Assembly: GCA_040384805.1 (NCBI GenBank)
Contig: JAZKIP010000008.1
Location: 100,749-164,748, forward strand
Length of the DNA: 64,000 nt
Source: Patescibacteria group bacterium
GTDB lineage: Bacteria; Patescibacteriota; Minisyncoccia; Phycocordibacterales; UBA9973
Reading direction: 5' to 3'
The notes below the pieces were generated by a model, which saw only the letters and a list, made by a program, of their open reading frames with translations, ran no database searches and was not told the DNA's origin. This document shows positions 31,888-41,252 of this stretch, piece by piece. The position numbers and the translations under genes are program-made. Within the stretch, counting starts at the first letter, position 1, and every line of letters begins with the position of its first letter.

Positions 31888-32633
31888 TTATTTTAGGAAT
31901 CTTTCAGTAAAAAGATCATATCGAAACTTCTAAAGTTTTGGCCATTTACCCATCCTAACTAAAAGCCATACTGCTCTACAAAATTCAAAATCTTTCTCGA
32001 ATTCAGATAATTTCGGCAAACCAGCTTGTTGCGAAATCGAATCGAGGAGTGACAGATATTTTTGCTTTTGTTCATTAGTAAATCGATATTTCCCAAAATA
32101 TTCATATTCTTGAGAACTAGGGAAATAATCTATATGTACTATAGAGCCCACGATATCATAACCAAATGGGCCATAAAAAGAATCTTCGAAATCTATTACT
32201 CCAGCAGGATAAGTATTACTTGGATTAAAATCACCATGAGTCAGTACAAACGGAAAAACAGAAAGCCTTCCTTTTATATCAGAAAAGATAGTTCTAATTT
32301 TGTCACTATATTGGGGTAATTCATTACAAAGGATATCTAAATGAATACCTGAAGCAAAAGTCCCGAAATCCTTATTTTCTGTTTGGGTATTTAGCTGTGC
32401 ATTCGCAAACTTTTCGACGACTGACAAGAAAATCGCAAAACTCGCATCAGTTATACTTCCAGACTGAAGCATATCTTCAGCAAAGATTTTTCCAATTTTT
32501 TCTTCACCGAGGGAGCTTTCGACGAAATAATGCATTCCATCTAGATCTCCCTCTTCAAGTACTTCTGCTACTGGGAAACCCGATGCTTCCATTTTGCGAT
32601 GGTTTTCCAAATCTCGTTTAATTTTATCGCCAT
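31888..32633 (-). pseudogene. APH-family phosphotransferase, N-truncated, probable premature TAG
   Basis: THGDFNPSN and IDFED motifs; TAG at 31930-31932 is followed in frame by KFRYDLFTERFLK and TAA; the N-lobe start is missing. Confidence 0.7.
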
Positions 32634-32846
32634 TCCCCAGCCGAGCTCTATGCCCTGGCCGGTTGAAGGAAAAGAAACTTCCGCGAGGACGAGATCTGAA
32701 TTCTTGATTTCTTCCTGGGTATTAATATTTTTATCATCTTTATGAGGGAAGAAAAAGGAATGTTCCGCAAAGACAGGGTCATTGAGAGGTTCGTAGAGGT
32801 CGGCAGTGAAATCGAAGTTTTGGGAGTGGGAGACGAAGATTTTCAT
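32634..32846 (-). pseudogene. Nucleoside 2-deoxyribosyltransferase-like gene, 3'-truncated
   Basis: MKIFVSHS...SDLVLAEVSFPSTGQGIELGW, then runs out of frame into the APH sequence. Confidence 0.7.
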
Positions 32847-32856
32847 CTCAGACTGT

Positions 32857-33013
32857 CTGCCAGTCAGGGAATCTCGATCCTTACAGGGTCAGTACACCCT
32901 TTCCATTCGCAGAGTCAGGGACTCGGTCACAAGTATTTTTCTGCTGAAAAATCTCGCGACCCCGCCTCCTCCGACAAAAGTCGGAGTCCGGCTTTCGAGT
33001 CCCTGACCGGCAG
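32857..33013. repeat. tRNA-Gln-derived palindromic element
   Basis: 32994-33013 is an exact 20-nt inverted copy of the tRNA-Gln 3' end; 32857-32870 (1 mismatch) and 32914-32925 are direct copies; internal hairpins. Confidence 0.85.
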
Positions 33014-33131
33014 GCGCTTCGTTACACTCAGCTTTCTAGCTGGCCGTCTCGAGCTAGGACCTTTTGGTTCATTACCCTGCAAGGACGGTTTGATACTTTC
33101 CATTGTAACATTTCAACGCGTCTCGAGCGGC

Positions 33132-34139
33132 TTAAGATTTTTCAATAAACCTGCAGAGTTCTTGCCATACACCATCAGCAATCTCAATTTCGCCAGTTTT
33201 CTCGGCTTGTTTTGTACGTCGATCCCCTTTTTCACCTGGAAGTACCACTTCCTGTCCTGGAATAGGTTTTGCTGACTTAATGTGATTGACCAGTTCCCGA
33301 CTTCGTTTCATATACTCTTCTTTTCCTGCTAATAAACCAGGGTCAATTGCTAAAATAAATGTACCTGCTCCATCTGCTTCATGGGCACCTGGTATTCCGG
33401 CAAGAGAAAAAGCACTACCCATCAACTGCACAAAGAGAGATAGTCCAAAGCCTTTATGATCAGCAAACGTCTTTATGGCACCGCCTACTGATTCTCCATT
33501 TCCGCTTCCCATCACTTCCTCAGCGTTTGTAGTCGGTTCACCATCTGCATCGAGAGCTACACCTTCGGGAAGGGGCTCTCCTGTAAGCATTGCTTGGACA
33601 AGCCCAAAGTATGCAATCGCGGCAGTTGCATTGTCGAAGATAACTTCACCACCCTCATACGGAAATGCATACGCGAGCGGATTAGTCCCGAGCTTACGTT
33701 CAGCTGAACCAGTTGGTGCTACTGCTGCCCACCCACCATTACCGACACACATAAAACCGATATATCCTGCTTTCGATATACGACGAACAAAGTATCCAAT
33801 AGACCCAGAAGATGAATAAGTGTGATTGACACATGCTATACCAACTCCGTGCTGTTTGGCTAACTCTATCGCTTTATCTGCTGCTTTAGTAGTTGTCACC
33901 ATTGAGTGACCACCTGATAGGAGTACCCCGCACTTATTTTCTTTAACAACTTTAAATTCTTCTAGTTTAGTCGCAGGAGGTATTCCACCAGTGGCAATCT
34001 TCGCAATGCCTTGATTATTACCACGCATTTCTGCATAAAGAAGAGTGTCTATAATAATTCGAGCATCTTCACCTATATATCCAAGCTTATAAACACCGCT
34101 TTCTACTTTTTCTTTTAATTCTAGAATTTTGATTTTCAT
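33132..34139 (-). CDS. Ldh_2 family (malate/L-lactate/ureidoglycolate-type) oxidoreductase
   Basis: AEMRG, GTNPLAYAFP, FDNAT, HKGFGL, AIDP, VVLPGE. Confidence 0.88.
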   Translation of the reverse strand: MKIKILELKEKVESGVYKLGYIGEDARIIIDTLLYAEMRGNNQGIAKIATGGIPPATKLEEFKVVKENKCGVLLSGGHSMVTTTKAADKAIELAKQHGVGIACVNHTYSSSGSIGYFVRRISKAGYIGFMCVGNGGWAAVAPTGSAERKLGTNPLAYAFPYEGGEVIFDNATAAIAYFGLVQAMLTGEPLPEGVALDADGEPTTNAEEVMGSGNGESVGGAIKTFADHKGFGLSLFVQLMGSAFSLAGIPGAHEADGAGTFILAIDPGLLAGKEEYMKRSRELVNHIKSAKPIPGQEVVLPGEKGDRRTKQAEKTGEIEIADGVWQELCRFIEKS

Positions 34140-34193
34140 TATTGCAAATTATAACATACATGAACTTCCTAAAATAATGATTCTCGAGCGCTA

Positions 34194-34907
34194 TTATAAA
34201 ATAGCCGCAAGTACTTCCCGATTTACTTTAACCCACTCGATCTGATTATGAAATTCAGTTACTTTCAAAGTAGAGAAAGCTCGTTCGTCTTCTGTTTTTG
34301 CGTTTATAGAGAGATTCTTGCGCATACTAAGTATGTGCTCTTGCTCTTTGATTAGAGACTCGACGAATTCAGGTCCATTATGAAAGTCATATGCATTGCT
34401 CATTAACTTAATCCTACGAATTTGTCTCTCTAAGGGAACATTGTCGCCTAAATTAAGAAATGTCCAAACTGCATACGCAAATTCATCAGAACGCTTACCG
34501 GGATGAGCACCATCAAAATCTATAATCCCAACAACTGCGTTGTTCTTAAAAATTAGATTCCACGGGGCAAAGTCATTATGACATACAACTTCATTTTCGC
34601 CTGCAAGATTGCTTCCAGCAGTAGAATTGTGAAATTCTCTCAATAGATCGGCTACTTGTGTTAACTGTTCATCTGTCCAGTTATTTTTTTCACGCAGAAC
34701 TTCTCCTTCGATAAAACTTAGTATCTCGCGGTTTTTATCATCTACACCCAAAAAGCGGGGTGCATAACTAAATCCCTTTTTTTCTAGGTGTTGTAAGAGA
34801 GAGTGGATGAAATCTGCATTAATCCCTTGCGGCCTATGTACAGTATTTTCAATTTGCACTATTCCTTCAGTTGATCTGCCTCCCAAAAGAGGAATTTCTG
34901 TATTCAT
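34194..34907 (-). CDS. APH-family phosphotransferase (TfxG-like)
   Basis: HSLLQHLE..GF..APRFLG.D, CHNDFAPWN, IIDFD. Confidence 0.85.
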   Translation of the reverse strand: MNTEIPLLGGRSTEGIVQIENTVHRPQGINADFIHSLLQHLEKKGFSYAPRFLGVDDKNREILSFIEGEVLREKNNWTDEQLTQVADLLREFHNSTAGSNLAGENEVVCHNDFAPWNLIFKNNAVVGIIDFDGAHPGKRSDEFAYAVWTFLNLGDNVPLERQIRRIKLMSNAYDFHNGPEFVESLIKEQEHILSMRKNLSINAKTEDERAFSTLKVTEFHNQIEWVKVNREVLAAIL

Positions 34908-34968
34908 GCAATAATGATACCGCAATTAGAAGATAAGAAAAAGTATGCTCTTCGTGCTAGCAGAAGTT

Positions 34969-35040
34969 GACTACCGCAGGGAATCTCAATCCTTAGAGAA
35001 TCAGTACACCTTCCGCGTCGGGTTCGCTTCGCTTCACGCG
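34969..35040. repeat. Degenerate partial copy of the tRNA-Gln-derived element
   Basis: CAGGGAATCTCAATCCTTAGAGAATCAGTACACC versus CAGGGAATCTCGATCCTTACAGGGTCAGTACACC at 32865-32898. Confidence 0.75.
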
Positions 35041-35289
35041 ACATACTCAAAAACAATATCTCTTGATCAAAAGAAAAACTAAAACCATGATTATATCAGT
35101 TTTCTTAACATATGTGCTCTATATAGATTTAAGAAACATCTCCTAAAGATGTCTCGCTCAAGCGCACTAAAAAGTGACAAAAGTGACATACCCTAATACA
35201 TCTATTATAAATTGACAACTTAACCATTAATGTTAATATGTGCGACAAGGCTGGTAGTTTGCTAGTCCTTTCTAAATTATTAAATAATC

Positions 35290-36609
35290 ATGACATTTAA
35301 TTTCACCGAATTTGTCAACTTGCTCAAAGAGTATGTTGGCTATAAAAGCGTATCCACAGATAAAGCTTTTTCAGATGGCATAACCGCCACTGTTGTTTTC
35401 CTCAAATCCCTTTTTGAAAAGAATGATTTTAAAGTTTCCATCCTGCAGGGCCCGAACACTAACCCCGTGGTACTGGCTTCTTATCACAAATCTAACAACC
35501 TTAAAACGAAGTTGATTTATGGGCATTACGATGTTCAGCCGGCTTTGACAGGAGGCGGGTGGAAAGGAGATCCCTTTGTGCTTCGTGAAGAAGATGGGAG
35601 ACTGATAGGCCGTGGCGTCATGGATAATAAAGCGCAAAATCTTATCCACATATTCACGGCGCTGAAACTTATCAAAAATGGCACTTTGGGGTGCAATGTA
35701 AAGTTCCTGATCGAAGGGAATGAAGAAACCCAGAATCCGGACATGGCTGACCTGGTCCTGAAACATGCCGACGAATTAAAATGTGATGAGATTATCGTTT
35801 CTGATGGAGAAATCCTTGGAAGCACTCCTTGCATCGAAGAATCCCTGCGTGGCGGAGGTAACATAACGCTTACCTTCAAAACTGCAAAAAATAACCTTCA
35901 TTCCGGCGTTTACGGAAGCGGTATCCCGAACTCAGCAAAAGAAATGACCGCCTTTTTGGCAAAAATGCTGTTGCCTCATGGCCGGGTAGCCATACCTGAA
36001 TTCTATGATTCTGTTGATCCAATCAGCCAGGAAAAGGTTGCCAAGAATAAAGCGATGCTTGAAATTGACAATCCACTGGATGTAACCGGGGCAAAGAAAA
36101 CAATTGGCATACATGATTTCCATACCATGGTCGGTGTTTGGCCGGCTATGGAAATCAGCGGCCTGCTTTCCGGCTATACAGGCGAGGGTTATAGCAATAT
36201 AATCCCTGGAGAAACAATGGCAAAGATTAATGTTCGGCTGGTAGCCTCACAAACGAGCCATGCATTTGAAGAGATGTTCAGAAGATATGTGGAAGATAAC
36301 GTTCCAGACAGTGTTGACTACACTATATCTATGACCAAATTTTCACCGCCGGTTAAAGTCGATGTAACATCGCCGGAAATACAGAGAATAATGTGGCACC
36401 AGAAAAGGATTTACGGAAAAAAGCCTATTGTCAAAAATGTTGGCGGCGGAATTCCGATTGTAGCCGATTTCAAAGAAATCCTCGGCGTGGATGCCTTCTT
36501 GATCCCACTGGGTTGCAACGACAGCAATATGCATGGGGACGAAGAAAACATGCAGATCGATCTGCTTCAGAAAGGCCTGGAATTGAGCGAACAAATATTG
36601 ATGAATTAA
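35290..36609 (+). CDS. M20/M25/M40 metallo-dipeptidase
   Basis: YGHYDVQP, GRGVMDNK, EGNEE, LRG, LHSG.YG, GGGIP, MHG.EEN. Confidence 0.9.
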   Translation: MTFNFTEFVNLLKEYVGYKSVSTDKAFSDGITATVVFLKSLFEKNDFKVSILQGPNTNPVVLASYHKSNNLKTKLIYGHYDVQPALTGGGWKGDPFVLREEDGRLIGRGVMDNKAQNLIHIFTALKLIKNGTLGCNVKFLIEGNEETQNPDMADLVLKHADELKCDEIIVSDGEILGSTPCIEESLRGGGNITLTFKTAKNNLHSGVYGSGIPNSAKEMTAFLAKMLLPHGRVAIPEFYDSVDPISQEKVAKNKAMLEIDNPLDVTGAKKTIGIHDFHTMVGVWPAMEISGLLSGYTGEGYSNIIPGETMAKINVRLVASQTSHAFEEMFRRYVEDNVPDSVDYTISMTKFSPPVKVDVTSPEIQRIMWHQKRIYGKKPIVKNVGGGIPIVADFKEILGVDAFLIPLGCNDSNMHGDEENMQIDLLQKGLELSEQILMN

Positions 36610-36680
36610 AAAGGTTAAAAGATTGATTGCAAAAACTGATATGACGAAAGTCCTCTGTCAGTTTTTTATTTTTTACTTTT

Positions 36681-37328
36681 CTAGGTTTTCGACATATTAC
36701 TAGCGTATGGACCACCAAGGAATTTCTGCAATTCCAAAAGTTCTATTTGCAAGGCGCCTAAATCAAGATCACGCTCTGCATATGTATAAATTTTCGTCAT
36801 TGGATCATAATTACGCAGATGCAAAGCATTGGTACCTCCTTTTTCATTTTTATCACCGATAGTGAGATCACTCACAACACGACGGTCAGCATCACTGTTT
36901 TTGTGTTTCGGATATTCTTCATTTATCCATTTCACCATTCTTTGGTCGTAATGATCAAGATCATTTCTAAAAGACTTATTTTGAAGCAAGACGAACATTG
37001 GTATCTCGATTACATCGGCTAGATCTTTACCTATTTGCATACCAATAGTATCAACAAGATATTGACCTTTCTTGTCTTTAGAAGACCATAGGAGCTTCGA
37101 CACATTTGCACAGTGGGTTAAAAAAGAGTGTATCGAAGAGAATGTCAGAAGAATATTACCTTCGCCTTTCTTACTAATGTTATCGAACGCAGCAAGCGCA
37201 AAGAGAATCTGCATACTGATTTCTCTCTGTGCTTGCATAATAATGTAGTTTTGTAATTCAGTTAATTCTGACACAGTTTTCATATCTGAATTATAGATCT
37301 TCTGATTTCTTTTATCAAAAAGTGACAT
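36681..37328 (-). CDS. Hypothetical protein
   Basis: FLTHCANVSKLLW and RNDLDHYD, a HEPN-like R-x4-H motif. Confidence 0.65.
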   Translation of the reverse strand: MSLFDKRNQKIYNSDMKTVSELTELQNYIIMQAQREISMQILFALAAFDNISKKGEGNILLTFSSIHSFLTHCANVSKLLWSSKDKKGQYLVDTIGMQIGKDLADVIEIPMFVLLQNKSFRNDLDHYDQRMVKWINEEYPKHKNSDADRRVVSDLTIGDKNEKGGTNALHLRNYDPMTKIYTYAERDLDLGALQIELLELQKFLGGPYASNMSKT

Positions 37329-37331
37329 ATC

Positions 37332-38750
37332 CTAAGCCTTACTTGCAGAAGGTTTTTCTCGTCCATCGACAACAATGATCGTTGGATGCTTTTTACCTTC
37401 TTTTTCTTCCTCTTCTTCCATTCTAAGAACTTCTTCAAGAACTTTACTCTTCCCTATGACCTGAACCACCACAAAATAACTTGCTTTTGCTTCTTCACTT
37501 TCTTCGTAAATTCTAGTTTGCTTCTCGTAACCTTGTCGAACATGACCCGATGTGAGCTTTACTTCGACAATAATTTTTTCCTTATGACCAGTGCTTAGTT
37601 TAAAATCAACTGGCCCCTGTCCAGCATTGGATTCTGGAGAAATATCTATATCTGACGATTCGCAATACAGAAGAGCAGTCGCATAGAAAAAGTGTCGTGC
37701 ATGGCTTTCATTAAGAGGCTCCTTTGAATCATTATAAAGGGAACGCCAGCCACCCTTGGTTTCAATAAATTTCTTGAAGGCATTAATAATTTTTTGTACG
37801 ATTTCTTCTAGATCTTCTTTTTTCTTAGGCTTTGTAGGGATTGAAAGAGGATTCGCTTTTACCAATTCCTTAGCTTTTTCCGGCCATAGATAGAGACCTG
37901 CAGGATCGCTCTCAAAATCATACGCTTCAGGATTGCATGCTTGATATGCAGCAACCACGGTACTGATTCTATCTTTTGTCTCAAGAAGATATCGTCGAAT
38001 CTCCGATTTCTTCGGTTTCTTCCCGTCCTTCTGGGTAAAACAGGCTGCAAGAATTGAATTAAATTTCTGCCTTAGCTCATCATTAAAAGCAGCAACAACA
38101 CTGATATCTTCAAAGCTGGTAGCGAGCGGCAAATCCCGAAGAATTCCCTGTGGAAGGAAAATAAGGGGTCCGTCTTTTAAAGGATGTTTCGCAAGGGTGT
38201 AATTATGCTCACAGGTCTTCTGTATAAAAATTTCTTTAATTTTAAGTTCTTTTGTCACTCTTTCAGAGTATGTATATATTCTATGTAGCAGTATACGAAT
38301 GAGCCCATCACTTAAACGGTCAGGTCCGAAATCTTCTTCAAAAAGTCCCATGACCTCAAAGATAGCTGGGTCATTTACACCCATTTTGATAAGTTCTTCA
38401 GCGGTTAACATTAAATGTCTAGCCAACTCAGGACCTATGGCTGAACCGTCGTCTCTTTTATTACCGTAACCTATACCAATTCCACGAACTTCACGGAGAA
38501 TCAATTTTTTATGCGCTGCTTCTCTTGCTTTCTTGTTTTCAGTGCGTAAGAGAGTTATAACACCTGAGAAATAAATCCGTACCTCAGCGAGTGCATCTTT
38601 AAATTCAGGTACCTTAGTCTTAGACAGAAGAAGAGAATCGACGAAAAATAAGCTATCAACCCCAATAACAGGGTTGAATGCTCCAGACTTTGCGTACGCA
38701 GAATCAGATATTCCAAAATATTCACTTGCCCGTTTAAGCTTCTGATTCAT
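37332..38750 (-). CDS. Protein with C-terminal PD-(D/E)XK nuclease-like domain
   Basis: DISPESNAGQGPVDFK...IIVEVKL...Q...Y. Confidence 0.7.
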   Translation of the reverse strand: MNQKLKRASEYFGISDSAYAKSGAFNPVIGVDSLFFVDSLLLSKTKVPEFKDALAEVRIYFSGVITLLRTENKKAREAAHKKLILREVRGIGIGYGNKRDDGSAIGPELARHLMLTAEELIKMGVNDPAIFEVMGLFEEDFGPDRLSDGLIRILLHRIYTYSERVTKELKIKEIFIQKTCEHNYTLAKHPLKDGPLIFLPQGILRDLPLATSFEDISVVAAFNDELRQKFNSILAACFTQKDGKKPKKSEIRRYLLETKDRISTVVAAYQACNPEAYDFESDPAGLYLWPEKAKELVKANPLSIPTKPKKKEDLEEIVQKIINAFKKFIETKGGWRSLYNDSKEPLNESHARHFFYATALLYCESSDIDISPESNAGQGPVDFKLSTGHKEKIIVEVKLTSGHVRQGYEKQTRIYEESEEAKASYFVVVQVIGKSKVLEEVLRMEEEEEKEGKKHPTIIVVDGREKPSASKA

Positions 38751-38752
38751 AA

Positions 38753-38998
38753 CTAGTATTTTTTATCAACAGGAGGAGTGGGGTCATTACCGGGAGCAAC
38801 GGTATCTTTGTCTCTTATTGGTCCACCATTTGGCTTGTGTATAACCACTTCTCCACCACCAGAATTAGCTGATAATTCTTTTGCAATTTTTTCTGCTTCT
38901 TTCTGAGTATCAACAAGTACAGAAGCACGATCTGCGCCTTCTTTTAAAACTTTCCATTTATCTGATCCTTTCGGATTTGTTACATGATAATTAGACAT
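38753..38998 (-). CDS. DUF2188 family protein
   Basis: YHV...WKV.KEGA.RAS...TQKEA...EVVIH...G.IRDKD. Confidence 0.85.
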   Translation of the reverse strand: MSNYHVTNPKGSDKWKVLKEGADRASVLVDTQKEAEKIAKELSANSGGGEVVIHKPNGGPIRDKDTVAPGNDPTPPVDKKY

Positions 38999-39146
38999 AT
39001 TTCCCTTTTATAGATTAATTAATAAAAAATCTAAATTAATTATAAACTCCCGTTAAAATTTATCTATATCTCCGACCCCTTGCCATATAGCATGATATGT
39101 TAGTTAATTTAGATTTCCTTTATCTCCTATTTGCTAACTTAATCAT

Positions 39147-39617
39147 ATGGTACGGAAATCAAGAATCGACAAAGGAGGACTTTACTACCGTGTTTATAAC
39201 AAGGCATGTTGGGACAAAACTTTATTTGAGAATGAAGATGATTTCAGGATAGTAAAAGAAAAATTTTCAGAGGCAAAAAGTGCAACGAAAATGAGAATAC
39301 TTGCTTATTGCTTTATGCCAGATCACTTCTATCTTATTCTTTATCCCGTTAATGACGGTGATATGAGAAAGTTTATGCAACTTGCTATTGGCGCGCATAC
39401 GCACTGGTGGCATAGAATGCACAAAACATCTGGATCAGGTCCTATATATAAAGGCAGGTATAAATCTGAGATTATTCCAGAAGACCAGTTGTCTCAACAA
39501 ATAGAGGAAGTAGAAAGTTGCCCTGTAAGGGACAAGTGCGCAGAGACACCTGTGGAATATAAACACTCAAGTGCATCAGCACGCGTTGAGAAAGATTTTA
39601 TGCTGCTTACTAAGTAG
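39147..39617 (+). CDS. RAYT/Y1 transposase-like protein with degenerate active site
   Basis: ILAYCFMPDHFYL, HT.WWH..H...GSGPIYKGRYKS, Y.HSS. Confidence 0.8.
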   Translation: MVRKSRIDKGGLYYRVYNKACWDKTLFENEDDFRIVKEKFSEAKSATKMRILAYCFMPDHFYLILYPVNDGDMRKFMQLAIGAHTHWWHRMHKTSGSGPIYKGRYKSEIIPEDQLSQQIEEVESCPVRDKCAETPVEYKHSSASARVEKDFMLLTK

Positions 39618-39975
39618 CCATGAAGAAAATTTTTCATTTGACTGATTATCCATAACGTAGCATAATTAAACATATTCCCCCACTACACTTTCTAATTTTA
39701 TGATATATTCAGGATAGCCGAACATTTAAATTTTAAAAAAACTGGTTCTCCCGCGTAAAGATTCCTCCTCTATTATAGAGAGGAGGAATATAGACAACGG
39801 GGAACAAAACCGATATAGGCTATAGAGAGTCCGTATCATTAACTTACAAACTGGTGCTCAAACTTAAACTTGTGGGAAAATGATAGGCTCATCTCCTTTC
39901 AAAATACCCACGAGTTTAGATTCGTGGGTATTTTGTTCGGCAGGCGATATTACTATTAAAAACTGTTTTAAGCGT

Positions 39976-41247
39976 ATGACTACGTTAAAGGTGATGTGGA
40001 GGGTAGAGATCAGGAAAGTAAATGAGTTGGTTCCGTGGAGTGAAAATCCGCGGAAGATAACAAAGGAAGCTTTTAATAATTTGAAACGAAAGGTTGAAAG
40101 GCATGGTTTCCATAGCGTGATTGTGATCGATGTTGATAACACGATCATCTCTGGAAATCAACGAAAGGATGTACTTATTGAACTCGGAATCGATGAGGTG
40201 AACGTATTGGTACCGGACCGTAAGCTGACCGATGAAGAAAAAAGGAAAATCGCATTGGAAAGCAACATTAACGATGGCGAATGGGATTTTGAAAAATTGA
40301 AGTCATTTGATTTAGGAACATTGATGGATGTGGGTTTTGATGAAGACAGCCTGTCGAATATGTGGGCGGAAAATTTGGAAGCGGAAGATGATTCCTTTGA
40401 AGTCGAGAAAGAGCTTGCCGAGATTACCGAGACAACAACCAAGCTCGGCGACCTCATCATCATGGGCCCTCATCGGTTGATATGCGGGAATACGCTTGAT
40501 CCGGAAGTCCTTAAAAAGCTTTTCGGTGACGAGAGAGCATCGGTAATATACAGTGATCCTCCGTATAACATCTCGCTTGATTACAACAAAGGCATTGGCG
40601 GGAAGCAGCAGTATGGCGGAAACGTAAACGATGATCGATCATATACCGAATACAAGGAATTCTTGCGCCAAAGTATGGCCTGCGCTCTCTCCGTATCACA
40701 ACCCGATACGCACATGTTCTATTGGTCCGACCAGACATATATAGGGCTGATCCAAGAACTCTATCGCGAACTCGGGATAGAGAACAAGCGGGTATGCTTG
40801 TGGATCAAGAACTCGCAGAATCCTGTACCGGGCGTGGCATTCAATAAATGCTACGAACCGTGTACCTATGGACTGCGAGGGCATCCGTATATTGAAAAGA
40901 GCATTAACAATCTTAATGAAGTGATGAACAAAGACATCACGACGGGTAATGATTTGATGGAAGAGGCGTTAGATCATTTAGACTTATGGTTTGTTAAACG
41001 GCTTTCCGGTAAGGAGTACAGGCATGCGACCAGCAAGCCGCCGCGGCTGCATAACAAAGCGATACGTCGCTGTTCCAAAGTCGGGGATATTATTCTCGAT
41101 TCCTTCTCTGGATCGGCAAGTACCATGATTGCAGCACACCAATTGAAGCGAAGAGTATTCGCGGTCGAATTAGAACCAGCATTCTGTGATCTAGCTATTA
41201 AGAGATACGAAGCTCTGACTGGCGAGAAAGCAGAAATAATCCGATAA
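39976..41247 (+). CDS. ParB-N domain fused to N4/N6 DNA methyltransferase
   Basis: NPRKI...IISGNQR; DPPY; HATSKP; ILDSFSGSASTMIAA; VELEP.FCD. Confidence 0.9.
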   Translation: MTTLKVMWRVEIRKVNELVPWSENPRKITKEAFNNLKRKVERHGFHSVIVIDVDNTIISGNQRKDVLIELGIDEVNVLVPDRKLTDEEKRKIALESNINDGEWDFEKLKSFDLGTLMDVGFDEDSLSNMWAENLEAEDDSFEVEKELAEITETTTKLGDLIIMGPHRLICGNTLDPEVLKKLFGDERASVIYSDPPYNISLDYNKGIGGKQQYGGNVNDDRSYTEYKEFLRQSMACALSVSQPDTHMFYWSDQTYIGLIQELYRELGIENKRVCLWIKNSQNPVPGVAFNKCYEPCTYGLRGHPYIEKSINNLNEVMNKDITTGNDLMEEALDHLDLWFVKRLSGKEYRHATSKPPRLHNKAIRRCSKVGDIILDSFSGSASTMIAAHQLKRRVFAVELEPAFCDLAIKRYEALTGEKAEIIR

Positions 41248-41252
41248 CGCCT

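Noticed and set aside
32742-33275. 177-aa + strand ORF
   Set aside because: It spans the palindromic element and overlaps real minus-strand genes; no protein motif.
18508-34925. Classical integron
   Set aside because: No tyrosine integrase in the window and no consistent RYYYAAC...GTTRRRY attC pairs were seen.
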